From a virus: a DNA stretch of 64,000 nucleotides. This document shows positions 52,438 through 60,276 of this stretch, one piece after another. Every line of letters starts with the position of its first letter. The first letter of the stretch is position 1. The notes under the pieces were generated by a model that saw nothing but the letters and a program-made list of their open reading frames with translations, made no database searches and was not told the origin of the DNA. The translations under genes and the position numbers were made by a program. The stretch lies in IMG/VR virus record IMGVR_UViG_3300045988_154892; one strand, given 5' to 3'.

Positions 52438-52945
52438 ATGAAGAAAACGAAAATTATTAGTGCATTTCCTGCTTGTGGCAAGACATATGCTTTTAAAAAA
52501 ATTAAATGAAAAAGGTTATAAGATTCTCGATAGCGATAGCAGTCGGTTCAGTTGGTGTTATGATTATGATCCAACCATTTCAGATCAAATTGAAGAGTAT
52601 CGTAATCCAGAATTTCCAAGTAATTATATTCAGCACATTAAAGAGAATATTGAGAAAGCTGATTATATTTTCGTAAGCAGCCACAAAGAAGTAAGAGATG
52701 CTTTAATTGAAAATGGAATCTATTTTACATTGGTTTATCCAGATAGAAGCATGAAAGCTGAATGGGTTGGCAGATGTTTCTTGCGTGGAAGTGGCGAAAA
52801 GTTCTGTCAGCTCATTGCAGACAATTGGGATAAATGGATTAATGAAATGGAAGAAGTTGAGTGCGACAAATGGATTCTTGGAGATAAGGAATCAATTGAC
52901 AGATATTATTATCTTGATGAATTAGTAGAGAACAAATTGATTTAA
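52438..52945 (+). pseudogene. P-loop NTPase/kinase-like gene broken by a +1 frame change at T4A7 (52491-52501)
   Basis: ATG behind AAGGAGAATA gives MKKTKIISAFPACGKTYAFKKIK-stop (Walker A). The body LNEKGYKILDSDSS... continues in the +1 frame with no start of its own. Confidence 0.7.
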
Positions 52946-52960
52946 CATGAGGTGAAAATT

Positions 52961-53308
52961 ATGTATCAAAATTGCTGTAGAAAGTGTGGAAGTACATCTT
53001 TGCATACGAAAGAAAAGGGTAACAACACAGGGTTATATTGTGATGATTGCGGTGCTTGGATAAAATGGCTTGGAAAAGATGAATTGAGAGCATTTGAGCA
53101 TTCACAGAAATCGCAATTACCAAAAACAAGTTGCGACATTCCGATGTCTGAAGTTGTAACAGCTTGCTCACCAAAAACAATTGCAAGAATCAAACTGTGT
53201 GGAGTGATGGTTTTTTATGTTACAGATATGATGCCATGGAAGAAACCGACAGAAGAACAGATTAAGAACCTTCATGATATGTTATGTATCGATGTTGAAA
53301 TTTTTTGA
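52961..53308 (+). CDS. zinc-ribbon protein
   Basis: ATG behind GAGGTGA; CRKCG ... CDDCG. Confidence 0.5.
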   Translation: MYQNCCRKCGSTSLHTKEKGNNTGLYCDDCGAWIKWLGKDELRAFEHSQKSQLPKTSCDIPMSEVVTACSPKTIARIKLCGVMVFYVTDMMPWKKPTEEQIKNLHDMLCIDVEIF

Positions 53309-53352
53309 AGATGGAGAATAAGTATTATGCATGGAAAGATGGTGAAGAATAA

Positions 53353-53775
53353 ATGGAAGTATTAGTAAATACGGAGTATCAAGATGTTTATAGAATTGTA
53401 GATGGTGTGCTGCTTATTGTAAATAAATTCTTATACAAAGATTATTCTAAGAAAACAAATCGTATTGTGGAAGTCAATAATACAGGAAGAGACAATTGTA
53501 AAACATACAATAAAGGATGTCAGTCTTGTCTGAAAGAGTTAAAAAGAGATTATCTTAACACATATGCAACAGTAACAATTCCTAAAGGTACAGTTCTGTA
53601 TCATGGCTATCCAGTAGAATATACAATTAAACCAGAGAATTATATTTACGAGATCAAAACCACAGGTAATGCCTTTGGTGGTGATTATGGTGAAGTGATG
53701 GATATGATTAAGAATATCCGTGAAGTCATGGATGGTAATAATTTTGCTAACGATTCATGTTTAAAAGGAGAATAA
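53353..53775 (+). CDS. hypothetical protein
   Basis: ORF in array; preceded by a 12-codon mini-ORF that owns the strong SD. Confidence 0.45.
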   Translation: MEVLVNTEYQDVYRIVDGVLLIVNKFLYKDYSKKTNRIVEVNNTGRDNCKTYNKGCQSCLKELKRDYLNTYATVTIPKGTVLYHGYPVEYTIKPENYIYEIKTTGNAFGGDYGEVMDMIKNIREVMDGNNFANDSCLKGE

Positions 53776-53779
53776 TATA

Positions 53780-54328
53780 ATGTCTGATTTATATGTATAT
53801 CTAATTCGTTCAAGAAATAAAGACAACAAAGATGTTCCTAATTTCAAGGAACGTGCAAAGACTATCTTGGAATACAAAGAAAATGAAGATAGAGTAATCA
53901 AAGAATTTCATAGATTTGCAGCAGATGGAGTTCCTGGCGAACAGACAAGATTGTATCGGTCTGTAAATTCAAGAAATGAAGAAAAGATAATGAAAGAACT
54001 TATTATTAGATTGCTTAGAGATAAACCAAGTGTGACAAAGCTGAATCGTACATTAGCTTCTGTTGCGCAGCAAGTAGAGAATCGGGATGAGAGTAAATGG
54101 TTGTTTGATTTCGATGTGGACGATGAAGAAAAAGTAAATGATTTTATCGATGATATTTACTTTTATTCTGAACTAGAAAATCATGAATTATATAAAACTC
54201 CACATGGTTATGCGATTGTGGTTCCTCATAAATTTGATATAAGAGAATTAATGGAGAAGTGGAAAGATTATGATATCACATTAAAAAAAGATAGATTGTT
54301 GTTCTTGGATATGATTACAAAGGAGTGA
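53780..54328 (+). CDS. hypothetical protein
   Basis: ATG behind AAAGGAGAATA. Confidence 0.5.
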   Translation: MSDLYVYLIRSRNKDNKDVPNFKERAKTILEYKENEDRVIKEFHRFAADGVPGEQTRLYRSVNSRNEEKIMKELIIRLLRDKPSVTKLNRTLASVAQQVENRDESKWLFDFDVDDEEKVNDFIDDIYFYSELENHELYKTPHGYAIVVPHKFDIRELMEKWKDYDITLKKDRLLFLDMITKE

Positions 54329-54334
54329 AGCGAA

Positions 54335-54718
54335 TTGACGTTTGAAGAAAGAATACGTGAATATTGTCTACGATCAGACATAGTGTATGAAAGAATCCTT
54401 TCATCTCCATGTGAAAAAGACTTGTATGTTTTGTATCCATCAGAATTAGCAAATGAACAGATCCTCCAAGACAATATTCCAAAGATGTTAAAGGTTATAA
54501 AGGAATATATCAGTGAGTTGGAATTATGTGCATATTGTATGCGTAAAGTTGATAATCTTTATTTTGATTCTCAAAAAACAGTTATAATAAATGAAGCACA
54601 TAACCGTCAAGAAAAAGCAGATGAGCTGGCAGAAATTATGAATGAAGGAATTAGTCCTTATGCTTGGTATTATTATGATACTGCGGAAGGATATGTTGTG
54701 TATTTAGACAATATTTAA
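54335..54718 (+). CDS. hypothetical protein
   Basis: TTG behind AAGGAGTG. Confidence 0.5.
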   Translation: MTFEERIREYCLRSDIVYERILSSPCEKDLYVLYPSELANEQILQDNIPKMLKVIKEYISELELCAYCMRKVDNLYFDSQKTVIINEAHNRQEKADELAEIMNEGISPYAWYYYDTAEGYVVYLDNI

Positions 54719-54732
54719 GGAGGGAACTAACA

Positions 54733-54889
54733 ATGGCAGAAGCAACAAGATTATGTCCTGTTTGTAGGACAATCATGAAATCAGCAGCTTACAAAGTTGG
54801 AAAATAATATTTTTACACCTGATGGTGTTGGTATTATTGGAAAACTTTTAGTATGTCCGAAATGTGGGAATTTAGCAGTGGTGAAATAA
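54733..54889 (+). pseudogene. small zinc-ribbon gene whose two CxxC halves lie in different frames (+1 break near 54802-54807)
   Basis: ATG behind AAGGAGGG gives MAEATRLCPVCRT...KVGK-TAA. The +1 frame continues NIFTPDGVGIIGKLLVCPKCGNLAVVK. Confidence 0.45.
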
Positions 54890-54892
54890 ATT

Positions 54893-55309
54893 ATGGAGAA
54901 AGTAATTAGATATATATGCGATTACTGCGGTGAATTGTTTAGTTTAGAAGAATGGTGTTTGGAACATGAAGAGTCGCACAGAAAATCAGAAAAAGCTAAT
55001 GAGATGCTTAGTGGCGGTAAAACATTAAAAGAGATTAATAACGAATGTCATCTTTGGTCTGAAGTTCCAGATTATTTAAAGAATGTGACAAAAGATAATT
55101 GCTTTGTCGTTAGTTACTGGCAATGTTGTGACAAGCCAGCTTATAGAATTGTTTCTATTACTCATAAAGGACGATTAGAACTTTGGGGTTGTGGTTCTTG
55201 GAATGGTTATTACGGTGGTGAGTTTAAGATTGGCAATGATAATCTTAAAGATCCAAGACCTAAAGAAGAATTGTTTATTGATCCGAGATATGAAGAATTA
55301 TATTGGTAG
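54893..55309 (+). CDS. hypothetical protein with C2H2-like N-terminus
   Basis: CDYCG...LEHEESH. Confidence 0.5.
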   Translation: MEKVIRYICDYCGELFSLEEWCLEHEESHRKSEKANEMLSGGKTLKEINNECHLWSEVPDYLKNVTKDNCFVVSYWQCCDKPAYRIVSITHKGRLELWGCGSWNGYYGGEFKIGNDNLKDPRPKEELFIDPRYEELYW

Positions 55310-55349
55310 GGTAACTTTGTAATAGAGAATAATTAAAGGAGGAAAACGA

Positions 55350-56474
55350 TTGAGAAGTAGTATTTTTATTCCTAAAACAATTAATGTTGGTTATCAGAAT
55401 CGTTCAGGAACATATACAGGAAAGCTTGCTTATGTAATTTACTATGACGAAAAGGGTAAGTTGCGAAAAGAGACTTCATGGAATGGTTGGCGAGATAAGG
55501 ATATTCCAAATAACGAATATGATAATATTCCAACCGAAGGATTTGTGCTTAATAAAAAAGCAGGTGATTATTCTACGGATTGGGATCATAGACATGCATA
55601 TTGTAGAGTATACGATCCACGAGGATTTGAATTTGAGATTACCATTGAGAATTTATTATACATTCTTGAAAATGCAAATTGCATCAGAGGTAAAGGACTT
55701 GAAGGAGAATTTGTATATGGATGGGATGGAAAAGATTTAGTTCTTATGCCAGTAGAATCACCTGATTATAAAGAGATTGGTGAGTTTAATAAGATTATCC
55801 ATAATAATGAATGTGTTAAGGCAAAAGACCTTATTATAGGTGCTACATATTTAACTAAAGATAATGAAAATTGGATTTATATGGGTAAATTTGATGTCTA
55901 TGATAGATATAAAAATTGGAAAAATAAAGGTAAACATTTTTGGTTTTGGAAAGATAGTTATTTTGAGCATTATAGGTCGATGCCAAAGAATAAATTTATC
56001 AAATGTATTGATGATAAGTGCAATGAAAAGTATGCAGACATTTTTGATAAATTGGAAGGAGAATCTGAGTATTCTCCATATGATAGTAGCAAAGACGAAT
56101 ATAAATACTTTACACTTGATGAATTTAAAAAAGACGCTTACTGGGAAAGAATTCGTTTTATAAGCGAATATTATAGTGGGAATAAATATGTATTTGAGAC
56201 TTATAAACGGGATGATAATTTATATATTATCTATAAAATACAAATGGAATATATGCATTACGGTCCATATGAAGAACGTGTTAAAGTAACTGACATATTT
56301 CCTACCACATCTAAAATGGTTAAGTCAAACCGATATCCATATAATGATAAAGAAGAAAAACATATGAATCCTGTTACTATTGAACAGATTTTTGAAACAA
56401 TGAAGCCAATGTATATTCAGAAACATTTAGCAAACGGCAGAGAATATGAAAGGAGTACGAAATCAAATGAGTAA
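55350..56474 (+). CDS. conserved hypothetical protein
   Basis: TTG behind AAAGGAGGAAAA; 374 aa. Confidence 0.55.
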   Translation: MRSSIFIPKTINVGYQNRSGTYTGKLAYVIYYDEKGKLRKETSWNGWRDKDIPNNEYDNIPTEGFVLNKKAGDYSTDWDHRHAYCRVYDPRGFEFEITIENLLYILENANCIRGKGLEGEFVYGWDGKDLVLMPVESPDYKEIGEFNKIIHNNECVKAKDLIIGATYLTKDNENWIYMGKFDVYDRYKNWKNKGKHFWFWKDSYFEHYRSMPKNKFIKCIDDKCNEKYADIFDKLEGESEYSPYDSSKDEYKYFTLDEFKKDAYWERIRFISEYYSGNKYVFETYKRDDNLYIIYKIQMEYMHYGPYEERVKVTDIFPTTSKMVKSNRYPYNDKEEKHMNPVTIEQIFETMKPMYIQKHLANGREYERSTKSNE

Positions 56475-56874
56475 GAATGATGATAGAATTTTAGAATTAA
56501 AGAAACAGATTGAGGATAAGAGAAAAGCTATCTCTGAGAAGAAGATTAGATTTGTTCCTGAGACAAATTGTGTTCTCAATATGGATGGAATAACTATCAA
56601 CCTTAATGTATGTTCAGATGATGCATTAGTGTTGTTACTTATTAGACTTAATTCATATCTTATGTCAGCAGTTGACCTTGGAATGCCTGATTTTGAGATT
56701 TCGGGCTACAGTGTAACGGATTGGATTAAGGACATTAAGAGTAAATTAGAAGTGTCTAGTCTAAAGAAAGAGGAAACAGATTTGAAGAAGATGGAGAGTA
56801 AACTGGACAAACTGCTATCTAATGACAAGAAAACTGAGATTGAAATTGATGAGATTGCAAGTCTATTGAGGTAG
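56467..56874 (+). CDS. hypothetical protein
   Basis: ATG behind AAAGGAGTA. Confidence 0.5.
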   Translation: MSKNDDRILELKKQIEDKRKAISEKKIRFVPETNCVLNMDGITINLNVCSDDALVLLLIRLNSYLMSAVDLGMPDFEISGYSVTDWIKDIKSKLEVSSLKKEETDLKKMESKLDKLLSNDKKTEIEIDEIASLLR

Positions 56875-56891
56875 TATTGGAGAATAAATCA

Positions 56892-57056
56892 ATGGAAGAA
56901 TATATTAAGAGAATTGAACAAATTGCAGCAAGATGCACAGAAAGTCAGTCAGATGGATATTCACAGATTATGAGAATCTGTGATGCCATGAGAGAAGAAC
57001 AGAGATATTGCTTAGGATATGTTTCTGAAAAATGGGATCAAATCCCCACAATTTGA
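56892..57056 (+). CDS. hypothetical 54-aa protein
   Basis: ATG behind TTGGAGAATA. Confidence 0.4.
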   Translation: MEEYIKRIEQIAARCTESQSDGYSQIMRICDAMREEQRYCLGYVSEKWDQIPTI

Positions 57057-57063
57057 TTAGTAA

Positions 57064-57079
57064 TGAAATTTTTCTTTCA
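57064..57079 (+). repeat. junction motif TGAAA-N6-TTTCA
   Basis: TGAAATTTTTCTTTCA; AAGGAGAG downstream. Confidence 0.65.
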
Positions 57080-57101
57080 ATAGAAGGAGAGAATAAACAT
57101 T

Positions 57102-57296
57102 ATGACAATTAAATTTATTAAAGATGTTGTCTTCAAAGATCAAAAAGAAGACAGTGTAAAGATTAAAAAAGGGAAGATTCTTACAGCAAGAATTGTAACA
57201 AATGAAGATGGGAAAGAAGAATACGAAATAAAACAGAAGAAGAATGTATTTACAATCCCATCAACAATGAAAGATGTAGTGTTTGTAGTTCTGTAG
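57102..57296 (+). CDS. hypothetical protein
   Basis: ATG behind AAGGAGAGAATA. Confidence 0.45.
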   Translation: MTIKFIKDVVFKDQKEDSVKIKKGKILTARIVTNEDGKEEYEIKQKKNVFTIPSTMKDVVFVVL

Positions 57297-57356
57297 TTTG
57301 GTTGAAAGAAGAAGAGAATATATAGGTGATAATAAAAATTTGAAGGAGATGTTGCT

Positions 57357-58043
57357 ATGTTTAAAGCACAACGAGGATTAAAAATTTGTTACAAAGTAGA
57401 AGATAAAATATTATCTCAACACTTTAAAACAATTGAAGATTTTTTACAAACAGAATTTCCAAAGAGTAATAATCCATTGTCACCTACTCTTGATACAGAG
57501 ATTACAGGAATTAAATGGAACGGCAGTACTATTTCTATTCCCAATAAAATTCACACAGTAAGAGATTTGTCTGACTTATTAAGCAAAGAAAATGTAGAAA
57601 ATATTTTTATTTCAAATAGAGATGTTAGGCTGCATAAGATTAAACCAAAATATGATGATCTTATCAGAAAGTCCACATATTCCATAGAATATGTGGACAG
57701 TAAGGTTAAAGATGTTTTGTTTGAAAAAGACAAGCGAAATGCAAAAGTTGATTTTGATGGAGATTTGATTAAAGGCAATAGTCAACGATATCAGACATTT
57801 TTTACAAAAGGCTGTAAATGCTCAGTTTGTGGAATTGAAGGACAATATTTTGCGAAAGAAAGACATTTGCAGGATAAAAGTTATCATCTGAATTTGTATG
57901 CAGTTGATGATAATGGTGATGAAATATTAATGACAAAAGATCATATTTTACCACGTTCAAAAGGTGGGATTGATGATATTAGTAACTATCAAACAATGTG
58001 TAAGCCTTGTAATGAAGCAAAAGGTAACAAATTAGAAGATTAA
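57357..58043 (+). CDS. HNH endonuclease
   Basis: C-terminal TKDHILPRSKGGIDDISNYQTMCKPCNEAKGN. Confidence 0.8.
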   Translation: MFKAQRGLKICYKVEDKILSQHFKTIEDFLQTEFPKSNNPLSPTLDTEITGIKWNGSTISIPNKIHTVRDLSDLLSKENVENIFISNRDVRLHKIKPKYDDLIRKSTYSIEYVDSKVKDVLFEKDKRNAKVDFDGDLIKGNSQRYQTFFTKGCKCSVCGIEGQYFAKERHLQDKSYHLNLYAVDDNGDEILMTKDHILPRSKGGIDDISNYQTMCKPCNEAKGNKLED

Positions 58044-58113
58044 ATAAGAAAGGACAAAATAGAAAAGTTCCTATAGGATAAAGTGCGCACTACTTACTAA
58101 TGGTAAGAGGGAC

Positions 58114-59283
58114 TTGGAGAATAAGGAAAGAGCATTAGCCCATATTGAAAAAATTGAATGGGTAAAACCAATTGAAGGAGCAAATAATATTGAACTCATT
58201 GGAGTGTTAGGATGGGTTTGTGTAGCAAAGAAAGGTGAGTTTCAGACTGGTGATTTAGCAGTTTATATTGAAATTGATAGCAAGTGTCCTGAAAATGATG
58301 AACGTTTCGAGTTTCTGGCAAACAAGAAATACAAAGTCAAGACGATGAAACTTGGAAAGTTTAAAGTAATTAGTCAAGGATTAGCACTTCCATTATCTCT
58401 ATTTCCAGAACTAGATGGAAAAAATATTGGTGATGATGTCAGCAAAGATCTCAAAATTACATATTCTTCTGAAGAAGATGTCAAACGAAAAAGCAATTCT
58501 ATTGATCCCAATGCAAAATTCAAATCTATGGCAGCTCGCCATAAAAATCTCGCAAAGAAAAAATGGTTCAGATGGTTAATGAAACGTGAGTGGGGGAAGA
58601 AATTATTATTCTTCTTTCTTGGAAAGAAACGTGATAATCCAAAGGAGTTTCCAAAATGGATTGTTAAAACCGACGAAACGAGAATTGAAAATGCTCCTTT
58701 TTACTTGCAGAATAAAAACCCATGGATTAAGACAGAAAAATTAGATGGTACTTCCTGTACATTCGCTATAGACCGGCAGAAGAAAGGTAAGGATAAATTC
58801 GAATTTATTGTTTGTAGCAGAAATGTCAGACAAGCAGATAAAAATCAGGAATGCTATCATGACTCTAATATTTATTGGGAACTTGCTGATAAATACGGTA
58901 TTGAAAGCGTATTAACAAAATTGGCAATTGAGAATAATTATGATCGAGTTGTGCTACAGGGTGAAGGAGTTGGATACGTACAGGGTAATCCATATAAATT
59001 TAAAGAGAATAGATTGTATGTATTTAATCTTATTATTGAAGGTAATCGTGTAGGGACGAAAGAGATGGCAGATTTTTGTGATGGTAATAATCTGTTACAT
59101 GTGCCGATTATTTCTACAGAATATTATTTACCTAAAACAATGGAAGAAATGAAACTCGAAGCTGATGGATATAGTGAGATTAATCCAAAAGTTCGAAGAG
59201 AAGGATACGTCTATAGATCTCAGGATGGACAGCAGAGTTTTAAAAATGTCAGTCGAGAATATTTATTAAAACATAATGGATAG
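58114..59283 (+). CDS. ATP-dependent RNA ligase (DRB0094-like family)
   Basis: Nucleotidyltransferase motif I EKLDGTS; N-terminal IEKIEWVKPIEGANNIE OB-like module typical of this ligase family. Confidence 0.7.
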   Translation: MENKERALAHIEKIEWVKPIEGANNIELIGVLGWVCVAKKGEFQTGDLAVYIEIDSKCPENDERFEFLANKKYKVKTMKLGKFKVISQGLALPLSLFPELDGKNIGDDVSKDLKITYSSEEDVKRKSNSIDPNAKFKSMAARHKNLAKKKWFRWLMKREWGKKLLFFFLGKKRDNPKEFPKWIVKTDETRIENAPFYLQNKNPWIKTEKLDGTSCTFAIDRQKKGKDKFEFIVCSRNVRQADKNQECYHDSNIYWELADKYGIESVLTKLAIENNYDRVVLQGEGVGYVQGNPYKFKENRLYVFNLIIEGNRVGTKEMADFCDGNNLLHVPIISTEYYLPKTMEEMKLEADGYSEINPKVRREGYVYRSQDGQQSFKNVSREYLLKHNG

Positions 59284-59292
59284 GAGAATTGG

Positions 59293-60183
59293 ATGAATAG
59301 ACCTACGCTTTGGGTTATGTGCGGGCTGAGTGGAAGCGGAAAATCTACCATTGCCAAGCAATTAGCACAGGAACATGAAAATACAGTTATCGTATCGTCA
59401 GATTCGGTCAGAGAAGAATTAACTGGCGATTATGAAAATCAGGATCATAATGAAGAAGTATTTAAAATATTTCATAAAAAAATTCGTGAGAACTTAGAGA
59501 ATAATAAAAATGTGATTGCTGATGCAACCAATATTACTATGAAATCAAGACGTGCAATTCTTGAGAATGTAAAAGGAATTGATTGCCATAAGGTTGCTTA
59601 TTTGATTCCAAAACCATTTAGGCAATGTAAGATTGATAACCTAGACAGACAACATCCTGTGCCTGAAGAAGTGTTGGATAAGCAGATTAGAAAATTCCAG
59701 ATTCCGTTCATAAAAGAGGGGTTTGACGAGGGGATTATTCATTACATACATAATAAAAATAGATTAGATTCGTTAAAAATGTTTGATAATATGGAAGGCT
59801 TCAATCAGCAAAATCCACATCATACTTCGACACTTGCAGACCATTGTAAGAATACACATGAATTATTCTCAAGATATGGTTATCCGTCAAAATATAATCT
59901 GGCAGCGTTATTGCATGATTATGGGAAATTGTACTGTAAAGAATTAGATAATGATGGAGTTGCGCATTATTACGGGCATGATTCAATTGGTTCATATATG
60001 ATTTTAGAAAATTTTGCAGAAATATTTTATAAAGACGTTGCAGATATGTGTTTTCTAATTAATTATCATATGATGCCATTTGCCTGGAATACAGAAAAAA
60101 TTAAACGACGATGGAAAGAACGTTTTGGAGAATATAAATATCAGATGTTATTAGACTTCCATGAATGTGACATTGCTCGATAG
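59293..60183 (+). CDS. polynucleotide kinase (P-loop) fused to HD phosphohydrolase
   Basis: GLSGSGKST Walker A; C-terminal H...LHDYGK HD motif. Confidence 0.75.
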   Translation: MNRPTLWVMCGLSGSGKSTIAKQLAQEHENTVIVSSDSVREELTGDYENQDHNEEVFKIFHKKIRENLENNKNVIADATNITMKSRRAILENVKGIDCHKVAYLIPKPFRQCKIDNLDRQHPVPEEVLDKQIRKFQIPFIKEGFDEGIIHYIHNKNRLDSLKMFDNMEGFNQQNPHHTSTLADHCKNTHELFSRYGYPSKYNLAALLHDYGKLYCKELDNDGVAHYYGHDSIGSYMILENFAEIFYKDVADMCFLINYHMMPFAWNTEKIKRRWKERFGEYKYQMLLDFHECDIAR

Positions 60184-60276
60184 AGAATAAAAATTAAGAT
60201 GACTGAGATGGTCATTATTATTTTTGGACTATCTTTGTTATAGATATTCTAAAACAAATAGAAAAGGAGTGTAAAA

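Noticed and set aside
742-57079. Possibility that the repeated TGAAA-N6-TTTCA copies form a CRISPR-like array
   Set aside because: The copies are kilobases apart, only 16 nt long, and tied to gene junctions. They lack the regular repeat-spacer periodicity of a CRISPR array.
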